Below are positions 1 to 8,322 of a DNA stretch of 53,365 nt, one piece after another; within the stretch, counting starts at the first letter, position 1, and each line of letters opens with the position of its first letter. Origin of the DNA: an uncultured Chlamydiae bacterium (GTDB lineage: Bacteria; Chlamydiota; Chlamydiia; Chlamydiales; SM23-39); contig CALBPE010000114.1 in the NCBI GenBank assembly GCA_937899275.1, forward strand, positions 1 to 53,365, given 5' to 3'. The position numbers and the translations under genes are program-made. A model generated the notes under the pieces. It saw only the letters and a program-made list of their open reading frames with translations, had not been told where the DNA came from and made no database searches.

Positions 1-1
1 C

Positions 2-262
2 ATAGTGATCCACTACGACCGCTGGTGGAACCCTGCAAAAGAAGAACAGGCTACAGACAGGGTGCATAGAATTGGACAAAATCGGGGGGTACAAGTCTTT
101 AAGTTAGTTACAAAACATACAATAGAAGAGCATATCCACCAAATGATCGATAGTAAAAAACACTTGATTGAGCGCTCTATCGGGAAAACGCCGTCCGATC
201 AGATTCGGGTGTTATCAAAAGAAGAGCTAATTGCTGTCTTGCAAAAAACCGCCTACTTTTGA
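2..262 (+). CDS. SNF2-family helicase, C-terminal fragment (5' end lies outside the window)
   Basis: Translation [35 protein letters not shown] is the SNF2/RapA helicase motif VI region. It is paralogous to the C-terminus of the 1152-aa ORF at 32744-36202 ([27 protein letters not shown]). Stop TGA at 260-262. Confidence 0.8.
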   Translation: MVIHYDRWWNPAKEEQATDRVHRIGQNRGVQVFKLVTKHTIEEHIHQMIDSKKHLIERSIGKTPSDQIRVLSKEELIAVLQKTAYF

Positions 263-264
263 GC

Positions 265-2199
265 CTACTCTTTTTTCTCTTCTCGCTGCTTTTCTTCTTC
301 AAAAGTAGAGAAATCTAATCCGCAAATGGGATGACAGTTATCGAATAGATCTTCTCTGTTAGTATTGACAACGTCGGGGTAAGTAGAAAAATGAGCATAA
401 GGGTTGTCTTGAGGGAGCTTATAGCACGGATTTACAAGATCGCATTCAACAAGGGCGAATTTTTCAGTAGGGCTTTCTTTTATATAGAGCGTTGGCATTT
501 GATGTGGTTGCAAACTCTTTAAGCGCTCCCTTTCTGAACGAAGTTTAAGAAGAACTTCTAGATTAGGTGTTTCTTCTTCTACTGGAAATGGATCGTGGTT
601 GTACATGCCTTTATCGTTATGGAAATCCGTATAACGGAGAACTTCTACTGGCCCTTTTGCAAAAACTTTGGTGAAAATATTTTCGTCTTCTTCTGTGAAA
701 TTTTTTAAAGCTAGCTGGTGCATCTTTTGAAAAAGGAATGTAGTTCTAGGGTTTTTATATAACCTGTAGAGAGCTACCGCTTCAATGGCCGCTAAGAGTC
801 TAGAGCGAGGTGTTACCGGGATCTCTCCGAAAATATTGTTTTGCTTTTCTCTTTCAGCCGCGAACGCATAGATATAGCGCGTTGGCATTTGATGTAATTG
901 CAAAAGAGCTAAGCGCCACCTTTGTAAAGAAAGGTTACAAAGAACTTCTAGTGAAAAGACGCGGCGTCCTATACGTACAGTTTTTTCTAGATCAAGTCGC
1001 TCTTTTCCTTCAGGCGTTATATGTCTATGCAGTAGATTCGTTGCTTCTTCTATACTGATAAAAGAGGGTGTCAAAAACTTATATTTAATGAGCCAATCAA
1101 TCAGCCGGTTACGGTAAATGCGGTCTTTTTCATTAATAGATAAACTAGAAAAACCTTCGGGAAATTTTACAGGATCCGCAAGGTTTTCAATCACCTTTTC
1201 TTTGCGTAAATATTCGTTAGCGTCTTTAGAGCCTGAGGACTGTTTACTTTCTGAAGAGGGGCTTAAAGAATAAAAGAACTCGATATAAACAGGTTGCCTT
1301 TCTTCTGGAGTGGTTTGAAAAAATTCCTGATTTTTCGCTTGTTGTAGATGCTTTACCTTATTCGGTACACCTTGGCTGTACTCTCTAGCTGTCCATTGTG
1401 TTTTTTGAAAAGCGCTTTTTAATGCCTGGGAAATAGCTGCATCTGAGTGCGTGCGTAGAGATGGTAATCTACGTTTTTTTGTGAAATGATAAGCGAAAAA
1501 CTCTCGAAGGCGCTCCTCTTTTTCTCGAGGCGGGCATATATCAAGATACTTTGGAAATGCGGGAGATCCTTCCTTGGTCTCTTCTTTTATACCCGCGACC
1601 TCGTATAAAGCCTGAAGATTAACTGGGGGACGAGGTTGGTAACAGATCTTTCTGCGTCCTTTTAAATAGTAAGGTTCACCATTCGAAATAGGGAGGTCAA
1701 ACTCCCGGTATATTTCGCTGCAATGTGGTGCTAGATATGCAGCTAGAAAGTGCTCTAATCCTACGCCAAGGCATCTAGGTATAGGTAAAGATGTAGATAA
1801 AGAAGCCGCTCTAGTAGAAGGGCTGCTGCCTTTTTTTTCAAAAAGGGTGTTGACTATATGAAGTGGAAGTTCTTGTTGGTAATAAATAAAGGGAGGAGAA
1901 GTCTCTTTTTTATTTGGTAAATCTTTACTATCGATTGCACCAGAGTCGATTTTTGTAAAAGTTTTTTTTCGAGGTTGCCCTCGAAAAGCGGAAGGGTTTT
2001 TCATAGTCGATAAAACCCAAATAGGCCATACGATTGTGAAACAAAGAAGCACCCCAGCTAAAAGGTTGAAGCAGCTGTACGCGAGTTCAATAGTTTTTTT
2101 GACCGACTTAGAAAGATAGGGGGATAAGGAGGGCAGCCAGGTATCTTTAGAGAGAGGTAAAGGCAAAAGCAGCCTTTCAGTAGCAGAAATTTCAGACAC
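265..2199 (-). CDS. Hypothetical 644-aa protein with an N-terminal membrane anchor and an internal ~26-aa duplication
   Basis: Long uninterrupted ORF. Hydrophobic segment AYSCFNLLAGVLLCFTIVWPIWVLS near the N-terminus. Duplicated block EVLLKLRSERERLKSLQPHQMPTLYI / EVLCNLSLQRWRLALLQLHQMPTRYI. No family recognised. Confidence 0.6.
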   Translation of the reverse strand: MSEISATERLLLPLPLSKDTWLPSLSPYLSKSVKKTIELAYSCFNLLAGVLLCFTIVWPIWVLSTMKNPSAFRGQPRKKTFTKIDSGAIDSKDLPNKKETSPPFIYYQQELPLHIVNTLFEKKGSSPSTRAASLSTSLPIPRCLGVGLEHFLAAYLAPHCSEIYREFDLPISNGEPYYLKGRRKICYQPRPPVNLQALYEVAGIKEETKEGSPAFPKYLDICPPREKEERLREFFAYHFTKKRRLPSLRTHSDAAISQALKSAFQKTQWTAREYSQGVPNKVKHLQQAKNQEFFQTTPEERQPVYIEFFYSLSPSSESKQSSGSKDANEYLRKEKVIENLADPVKFPEGFSSLSINEKDRIYRNRLIDWLIKYKFLTPSFISIEEATNLLHRHITPEGKERLDLEKTVRIGRRVFSLEVLCNLSLQRWRLALLQLHQMPTRYIYAFAAEREKQNNIFGEIPVTPRSRLLAAIEAVALYRLYKNPRTTFLFQKMHQLALKNFTEEDENIFTKVFAKGPVEVLRYTDFHNDKGMYNHDPFPVEEETPNLEVLLKLRSERERLKSLQPHQMPTLYIKESPTEKFALVECDLVNPCYKLPQDNPYAHFSTYPDVVNTNREDLFDNCHPICGLDFSTFEEEKQREEKKE

Positions 2200-2427
2200 A
2201 AAACCATCCTAATGTAGCAAAAAATTTACCATGAATAGACCGTTTTTTGTAAAGAATTATCTTGTTTTTTGCAGCGCGCTGCCTTTTTTTAGCATGGGAG
2301 CGCCCTATTTGCTATTCAAGAGATGAAGCGGAGATTTTCTCTATCCGCTGCCTTTATAATTGGTGTTTTTTCTAGAAAATTGTTATTATTTTTACATAAA
2401 AAAGATGTTTATAACAGGAATTAATTT

Positions 2428-3759
2428 GTGCATAAACCGATAAAAATTGCTATTGTAGGTCGCCCTAATGTGGGCAAGTCTTCTCTATTCAATCGACTTT
2501 GTCAAAAAAGAATTGCTATCTGTCATGAGCAAGAAGGAGTTACAAGAGACCGGATCTATGGAGATAGCGATTTTTTTGGCGTTCCTCTTCGCTTCATCGA
2601 CACAGGGGGCATCGATCCAAATAAAAAAGATCCTTTTCAAGAAGAGCTGCACATACAATCGATGATCGCTGCAGAAGAAGCAGATGTGGTGGTCCTTGTG
2701 GTGGACGGCAGGTCTGGCTTGACTCTTCTTGATGAGATGGTTGCCAGAAGAATCTTAAAGCAGAAAAAAAAGATCCTTTTAGCTGTGAACAAGATAGATC
2801 ACGATAACCATAAACAAGAAGAGTACGCCTGGCATACATTGGGTATTTCCAATGTGATCTTTGTATCAGCGATCCAAAACCTAGGTATAGAAGAGCTATT
2901 AGAGTGCGCTATTGAGGACATACCGTTACAAGAAGAAGAAGATCCTTCTACAAAACCTGAAATCTCCATTGCGATTTTAGGCAGAGCAAATGTGGGTAAA
3001 TCTACTTTACTGAACCAGATTTTTTCTGAAGCGCGCTCGATTGTAAGCGATGAGCTTGGTACCACAAGAGATCCTATCGATGTGTCGATGATTTTGGAAA
3101 AAGCGCAGTTAACCTTTATCGATACTGCGGGGATACGCAAAAAAAAATCACAAAAAAATCCTGTTGAGAAGTTTGCGGATATTCGTACGCAAGAGGTGTT
3201 AAAAAGAGCAGATCTTTGTCTGTTTTTAATCGATGTAACTAGAGGCCTTACAACAGAGGAAAAAAGGATTGCCTCGATGATCGATGCATCAGGTAAGGGC
3301 TGCATCCTTCTTTGTAACAAATGGGATCTTGTCAAAGGATTTCAGCAAGAGCATTGCATCAGAGCTTTACAAACAAGCGCCCCTTTTTTAAAGCATATAC
3401 CGATCCTTTTCATTTCTGCAAAATACCAAAAAGATCTATCAAAAGTCTTTACTAGCATTTTCCAGGTCTACGACAACCTATCTCTTAGAATTTCCACAGG
3501 GGAATTGAATAGATTCATTGCAAAAGCTGTAGAAAAAGCGCCTCCTCCGATGATTCAGGGAAAGCGCTTTAAGATTTACTATATGACGCAAATATCGACT
3601 CGTCCTATGCGTTTTATGCTGTTTGTAAACCGAGTAGACCGTTTTACCAAAACCTACCGGAAATACCTTATGAATCAGCTTAGAAAGGCCTACCCTCTAT
3701 CGGGAGCTCCCATCCAGTTTAGCTGCAAATCGCATCAAGAGAATAAAGCCGTCGAATAG
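2428..3759 (+). CDS. der: Ribosome-associated GTPase Der/EngA (two tandem GTPase domains plus a KH-like C-terminus)
   Basis: Two G1 P-loops, GRPNVGKSSLFNRL and GRANVGKSTLLNQI. DTGG/DTAG G3 motifs and NKID/NKWD G4 motifs. GTG start. 443 aa. Confidence 0.95.
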   Translation: MHKPIKIAIVGRPNVGKSSLFNRLCQKRIAICHEQEGVTRDRIYGDSDFFGVPLRFIDTGGIDPNKKDPFQEELHIQSMIAAEEADVVVLVVDGRSGLTLLDEMVARRILKQKKKILLAVNKIDHDNHKQEEYAWHTLGISNVIFVSAIQNLGIEELLECAIEDIPLQEEEDPSTKPEISIAILGRANVGKSTLLNQIFSEARSIVSDELGTTRDPIDVSMILEKAQLTFIDTAGIRKKKSQKNPVEKFADIRTQEVLKRADLCLFLIDVTRGLTTEEKRIASMIDASGKGCILLCNKWDLVKGFQQEHCIRALQTSAPFLKHIPILFISAKYQKDLSKVFTSIFQVYDNLSLRISTGELNRFIAKAVEKAPPPMIQGKRFKIYYMTQISTRPMRFMLFVNRVDRFTKTYRKYLMNQLRKAYPLSGAPIQFSCKSHQENKAVE

Positions 3760-3790
3760 GTTCTTTACGGAAGTTGTATCATTCAGCTCT

Positions 3791-4189
3791 TTACTCGCTC
3801 TGTTTGTTGTCTCCAGAGATCGTATTAGATACCCGTTTTGTTACACCCTGCTTGATGCCATCTACTACTGCCATGCAGAGTGCTTTTGCTACACATGCTG
3901 TTATCGCAGGAACCACTGCTTGTAAATGCTTTCCGATGTTCGATACATATTTACCCACATCTTGAGAAGATTGATCGAGCCATGCAGTAATTGAAGCGGC
4001 GCCTAAAAACGTTCCTACTGTCCCTAAAATACCATAGGCTACCATAGCAGCTTTTGTAGTAGCGGTAACTCCTAAAAGAACACTTCCAATTGTGACAACA
4101 GAAAATGTAGTAATAAGCGCGGAAGCAGCTAAATTGGCTTTCCAAGCGTCAGGATTTTTAGCGGCGGGATTAACTGGGGTACTTGACAT
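3791..4189 (-). CDS. Small membrane protein with a bilobed hydrophobic domain (Inc-like), paralog of 4396-4782
   Basis: 132 aa. Two ~20-aa hydrophobic stretches separated by a short loop (ALITTFSVVTIGSVLLGVTATTKAAMVAYGILGTVGTFLGAASITAWL). SD aggaga sits 6 nt before the ATG. The C-terminal half aligns with the neighbouring 128-aa ORF. Confidence 0.6.
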   Translation of the reverse strand: MSSTPVNPAAKNPDAWKANLAASALITTFSVVTIGSVLLGVTATTKAAMVAYGILGTVGTFLGAASITAWLDQSSQDVGKYVSNIGKHLQAVVPAITACVAKALCMAVVDGIKQGVTKRVSNTISGDNKQSE

Positions 4190-4265
4190 ATTGCTCTCCT
4201 AAATTTTTTGATTTAGTCTATACAAAATGCCGATTTTTTTTCACCTAAAGATTATGCGTGCAGGT

Positions 4266-4324
4266 GATAGAAAAAGATCGGAAAATGATGAACTAGTTTG
4301 ATGATATCATCAGATTTTCCGATC
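4266..4324 (-). terminator. Rho-independent terminator candidate downstream of the 128-aa Inc-like gene
   Basis: Perfect 11-bp inverted arms, gatcggaaaat (4276-4286) and attttccgatc (4314-4324), extended by gatga/tcatc. On the minus strand the hairpin is followed by TTTTTCT. It lies ~70 nt after the stop at 4396. Confidence 0.5.
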
Positions 4325-4395
4325 AGCGCTTTACTTTTTTTATCCAAAACATCTCCCTCTAAGGCGAAAGCGCTAAAAAGGGGATATCTACTTTG

Positions 4396-4782
4396 CTAAG
4401 GTTTCTCTACCTTTGCAGTAAAGTCTGGTCCAGCAATACGTCTTCGGATGAGTGTTGCTAATCCTTCTAATACGGCGTTAACTAGAACTTTACATCCAAG
4501 AATAGCCACCGCGCTTGTCACTGCAGGAAAATGGACTAGTAAATGATTTTTTACAGTAGAAAAATACTCTGTATTGCTCTGTTCGCTTAACGGCGTGTTA
4601 CTGTTCGCTTTTTTTAAAAAAGCGGTGATAGCTGCGCCTGTGAAGATTGCGCTGATGATTGCTGTGGCAACAGCGGCTACGATGAGAGCAGTTGAGCTCA
4701 CTGTTGCAGCTAAAACAGCAGAGGTAATGGTGGTGGCTGCTGCTGCTGTGATGGTAATAGATGCGGTAGTTCCGACTTGCAT
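4396..4782 (-). CDS. Small membrane protein with a bilobed hydrophobic domain (Inc-like), paralog of 3791-4189
   Basis: 128 aa. A/T/I-rich hydrophobic block TITSAVLAATVSSTALIVAAVATAIISAIFTGAAITAFL. C-terminus HLLVHFPAVTSAVAILGCKVLVNAVLEGLATLIRRRIAG aligns with HLQAVVPAITACVAKALCMAVVDGIKQGVTKRVSNTISG of the neighbour. SD aaggagag. Confidence 0.6.
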   Translation of the reverse strand: MQVGTTASITITAAAATTITSAVLAATVSSTALIVAAVATAIISAIFTGAAITAFLKKANSNTPLSEQSNTEYFSTVKNHLLVHFPAVTSAVAILGCKVLVNAVLEGLATLIRRRIAGPDFTAKVEKP

Positions 4783-5251
4783 AGTTCTCTCCTTTTATTT
4801 TTTTTAATAATATTAACTGTTTATTTTTAATTAGTCAATTTGTCGTTTAATTAACAAAAATTAATTAAAAATATAAATGTTTATATATAAATATATTGGT
4901 TGGTAAAGTAGATTAATATGGGGGTAAGAGCTCTTTGAGAGTAATAGATGTAGTAGTTACTACTTCTATATTTTTTAATGTTTATTATTTAAATTAATGT
5001 TTTTAAATAAATTTATTTTTATTCAACTTATTTTTTTATGTGAGTTGAATAGATAGGTGCGAAAAACAGAAATTGTTCTACAGGATGAGATAATTATTTT
5101 TTAATCAACCATTTCATTAATTTTAATAAAACGCATCTTATATGGTTTATGTAGTAATTCATTTTTTGAGATGTAGATCGCTTATTTAAAAAATAGATGA
5201 ATCTATACCGCGTTTTTGCCATAATCCAGCGGATACACACTTAGGTAAACT

Positions 5252-6976
5252 ATGCGATTTTTTTCCGATGTGCGTACGTATAATCGCGCTTTTTTCAGAA
5301 AAGATCTATTTGCGGCTTTTTCTATAGCTTGTCTTGTTATCCCCCAGTCGATTGCCTACGCGCTTTTAGCCGATCTTCCTGTCATTAGCGGTCTTTATTC
5401 TGCGATTTTTGGTACCTTTATAGCGGCCATGTTTTCTCGATCTAGCCTACTTATGTCAGGGCCTTCTACGGCGATGGCAATTTTAGTACAAACGGCGATT
5501 GCAGAGGCAAGAAGGGGAACTGTTCATCCAATCGATCCATTCCACGTGCTTTCACAACTTGTGATCTTAGTCGCATTTTTATACATACTTTTTTCCCTTT
5601 TTAATATTGGTAGGTGCTTGCAGTTTGTAAGCCGCTCAGTGATGTTAGGCTATTTTTCAGGGCTGAGTGTGGTGATTATTATCGAGCAGATGCTATCTCT
5701 TGTTCATGGACCTAGTGTGGGCAAGCCGATCGACTCTTCTATAGGATCGAGTTTTGTACTTCGTAAAATGGCAGCGCTTTTTTCTCCTGATCAAACCGTT
5801 TACTGGACTCCTTTTATTGGAGCTATTTTAGGTTTAGCGTTCCTATTTTTTATGAAGAAAAAATACGCCTCTTTTCCTTCGGCTTTTATTTTGCTTTTTG
5901 GCTCCGCTTACCTAAGTTACGCCTTTGCTCTGTTTCATCATATACCTACATTGAATGCATCTACACCTTTATATTTTAGCGCAGAGATAAAAGCGCCTTC
6001 CATTGATCTTTTATTGATGAGAGAGATTTTTCCCTCTGCTTTAGCGATTGCGTTATTAGGTGTAATCGAAGCGTTTTCTGCAGCAAAAGCTCTTTCCGCT
6101 AAATCTAAAGACGCGATCTGTCATAACCAGGATGTATTTTCATTGGGTATGGCAAATAGCTCTTTAAGCTTATTTCCTTTTTCTATGCCTGCATCAGCTA
6201 GTGTGACAAGGAGCCTTCTTGCGTATAATGTGGGTGGAAAAACCCGCCTTTCTGGCATGATCTCTTCTTGTTTTGTGTATGGTATCTTATTTTTTTTCTG
6301 GCCTTGTGTAAGCTATATTCCTCTGTTTGCTTTTTCTGCTCTTTTGATTTTTACTGCGTTACATGTCGTAGATCGTCAGGCGTTAAAACTCTGTTTTCGA
6401 GCGACAAAAGAAGATGCCTGGATTTTTTCCATGACCTTTTTTCTTTGTATGGTGTTTCGATTAGATATCGCTTTTATTGTAGGAGCATTTTTTTCAATAG
6501 GGTTTTACCTTCGCTCGGTGGCCATTCCCCACTTTCAGGAATATGCTTTTGACTATGCAGGGAAATTATCGATTATTCAACCAAATGCAAAAAAGCATAG
6601 TAAAGTGCGGATCATAGGTATTGGTGGAGAGCTTTTTTTCGGCGTAGTGGATGTTCTAGAAAAAGCGATTGCCAATATTGCAAAAGACGATGAGGTAAAA
6701 GTCGTTGTTCTGCGTTTAAATAACGTCCATCATATGGACGGCTCGATGTGTTTAGCCCTTGTGCAGCTGCATGAACAACTACAAGCTTCGGGAAGGCATC
6801 TTCTGATTTCTGGTATTACCACAAAGGTATGGCGCGTTTTAGAAAGATCGGAAGTATTGCAAAAACTGCGTCAGGAAAATTTTTTCCTGCGCGATGAGAC
6901 AAGGCCCCAGCTATCTACCTGGAAGGCATGCCTTCGAGCAGAAGAGCTACTCACTACCTCTATCAGTAATCTATAG
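5252..6976 (+). CDS. SulP-family anion (sulfate/bicarbonate) permease with a C-terminal STAS domain
   Basis: 574 aa with multiple TM segments. The N-terminal pattern DLFAAFSIACLVIPQSIAYALLADLPVISGLYSA is typical of SulP. The C-terminal ~120 aa (RIIGIGGELFFGVVDVLEKAI...VVVLRLNNVHHMDGSMCLAL) is STAS-like. Confidence 0.9.
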   Translation: MRFFSDVRTYNRAFFRKDLFAAFSIACLVIPQSIAYALLADLPVISGLYSAIFGTFIAAMFSRSSLLMSGPSTAMAILVQTAIAEARRGTVHPIDPFHVLSQLVILVAFLYILFSLFNIGRCLQFVSRSVMLGYFSGLSVVIIIEQMLSLVHGPSVGKPIDSSIGSSFVLRKMAALFSPDQTVYWTPFIGAILGLAFLFFMKKKYASFPSAFILLFGSAYLSYAFALFHHIPTLNASTPLYFSAEIKAPSIDLLLMREIFPSALAIALLGVIEAFSAAKALSAKSKDAICHNQDVFSLGMANSSLSLFPFSMPASASVTRSLLAYNVGGKTRLSGMISSCFVYGILFFFWPCVSYIPLFAFSALLIFTALHVVDRQALKLCFRATKEDAWIFSMTFFLCMVFRLDIAFIVGAFFSIGFYLRSVAIPHFQEYAFDYAGKLSIIQPNAKKHSKVRIIGIGGELFFGVVDVLEKAIANIAKDDEVKVVVLRLNNVHHMDGSMCLALVQLHEQLQASGRHLLISGITTKVWRVLERSEVLQKLRQENFFLRDETRPQLSTWKACLRAEELLTTSISNL

Positions 6977-7388
6977 CTACTTGGTATTTATTCTTTAGCG
7001 CAGGATCATATTTAAATACGCCCTCTTCATGATTGATGAGTTTATAAACCCAACGTTCATCGTTTTCTCGCAGCAATCTATCGCAGCCCATAATAAAGCC
7101 CTGCCAAAAGCCGTAGCGCTTGATTGCCTGCCGCATGTAGGTAGAAGACGTGGGTCTGTAATGGCTTCTTTTACATGTGGTAGGTGAGAGATACGTTTTA
7201 TGAAAAGAGATCAACGCATCTGCTAAATCGATCATAGGATTGGTTTCTACTTCCTGGATAGGCGAGGGGAGCTTTTGCTTAGCGATGAGTTCTCTCTCTT
7301 TACCCCAGGGCTCTTTGTACAAACTAGAGGAAAGAGTCAAGTGATAAACTGCGCTAAAAACCGTAGCGAAGCATAAAAGTAGGCGCAT
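6963..7388 (-). CDS. Secreted YidD/DUF37-like protein with degenerate Cys motifs
   Basis: LISFHKTYLSPTTCKRSHYRPTSSTYMRQAIKRYGFWQGFIMGCDRLLR resembles the YidD signature (YQ.xISP...CRFxPTCSxY...G...G...RxxRCHP), but PTCS has become PTSS and RCHP is lost. The start was chosen at MRLLLCFATVFSAVYHL (signal-peptide-like). The ORF extends upstream to 7469. Confidence 0.45.
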   Translation of the reverse strand: MRLLLCFATVFSAVYHLTLSSSLYKEPWGKERELIAKQKLPSPIQEVETNPMIDLADALISFHKTYLSPTTCKRSHYRPTSSTYMRQAIKRYGFWQGFIMGCDRLLRENDERWVYKLINHEEGVFKYDPALKNKYQVAIDY

Positions 7389-8322
7389 GTTTGTACTCCT
7401 CTGCAATAGTGCGGGCTTGTTTTTCGTACATCCTTTCATTGTAGTATTTTGCCGATTCTCCCGCTCCATAAATACTGCCTACATACCAGCCGAATTCAAA
7501 AAAGGAAAAGATAGCTCCTGCAGCGATATTTCCCTCACGAAAAAAATAGTAGGAAGAATAGATAAAAAGGGAGTTGAAAAGAAAGGTGGTTACAGCGGTT
7601 TTTCTCTGACCTAAATAGAGGTACCCCATCCCTGGAAAAAGGGCGTTATACGTCTGCGCTTTAAAAACCGATTTTTTCTCAGCTTCATATCCATGAATCA
7701 GCGATTGTAGATAGGGCTTTTTTTTTGAGAGGTGAGAGAGTTTTGGTAAATCTCCTGTCTGCAAGGCTAAAGAAATCTCTACATCCTCATGGGTTTTTGG
7801 ATAGTGTTTTTGCAGTAGACGCTGAATCTTCTCCGCTTTTTCTTCGTTGCCGACCTCTAAATAGCTTTTAAGCAGTACCAAAAGAAGATCGTGGTGCGGC
7901 TCAAAAGAAAGATCTACATGCATTAAATTGGAACGTTCAAAAGTGGCAATTGCATCGAAGTAACGCTCACCTAAATAGTAACAGTAGAGCATAAAATAGG
8001 AGAGTTCTTGCTTGCGATCAGGTGCATCTTCAAGTAAAACAGCAGAGCGTTTAAAGGTGGAAATTGCTCTATACAAATCAAAATCTTGCGCAAAGCAAAG
8101 GCCGATTTTATACTCTTTTGCCCAGTCTTGAGGGATCTCTTCTTCGGATAGCGGGGTAAATGCAGATGCAAGATTTTGGATGTGATCTTTTTCTACTTGG
8201 AGCGATACCTTAGGCTGAATAGTATCTGTTACCTTGACACACGAAGTGGTAAAAAATAAGAGCAGGAAAAACAGTACAGGTTTATTCATCATCGATTGAT
8301 TTGATGCTTTCCATCCCTTCAT
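7354..8322 (-). CDS. TPR-repeat putative lipoprotein with a C-terminal membrane domain, translationally coupled to sctC
   Basis: Signal/lipobox-like N-terminus MMNKPVLFFLLLFFTTSC. The alternative start ATGATG at 8292 overlaps the sctC stop as gATGATGAATAA. TPR-like helices follow (YKIGLCFAQDFDLYRAISTFKRSAVLL, YFMLYCYYLGERYFDAIATFERS). The C-terminus has two hydrophobic segments and a PGMGYLYLGQ motif. Confidence 0.6.
   Translation of the reverse strand: MKGWKASNQSMMNKPVLFFLLLFFTTSCVKVTDTIQPKVSLQVEKDHIQNLASAFTPLSEEEIPQDWAKEYKIGLCFAQDFDLYRAISTFKRSAVLLEDAPDRKQELSYFMLYCYYLGERYFDAIATFERSNLMHVDLSFEPHHDLLLVLLKSYLEVGNEEKAEKIQRLLQKHYPKTHEDVEISLALQTGDLPKLSHLSKKKPYLQSLIHGYEAEKKSVFKAQTYNALFPGMGYLYLGQRKTAVTTFLFNSLFIYSSYYFFREGNIAAGAIFSFFEFGWYVGSIYGAGESAKYYNERMYEKQARTIAEEYKHAPTFMLRYGF

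Noticed and set aside
2271-2292. Palindrome gcagcgcgctgc followed by a T-run, considered as a terminator.
   Set aside because: It is a perfect palindrome with no loop, leaving only a ~4-bp stem after allowing one. No upstream gene on either strand would end there.
2799-3335. 178-aa minus-strand ORF, plus other short ORFs inside der.
   Set aside because: It is antisense to a gene with unambiguous double GTPase motifs.
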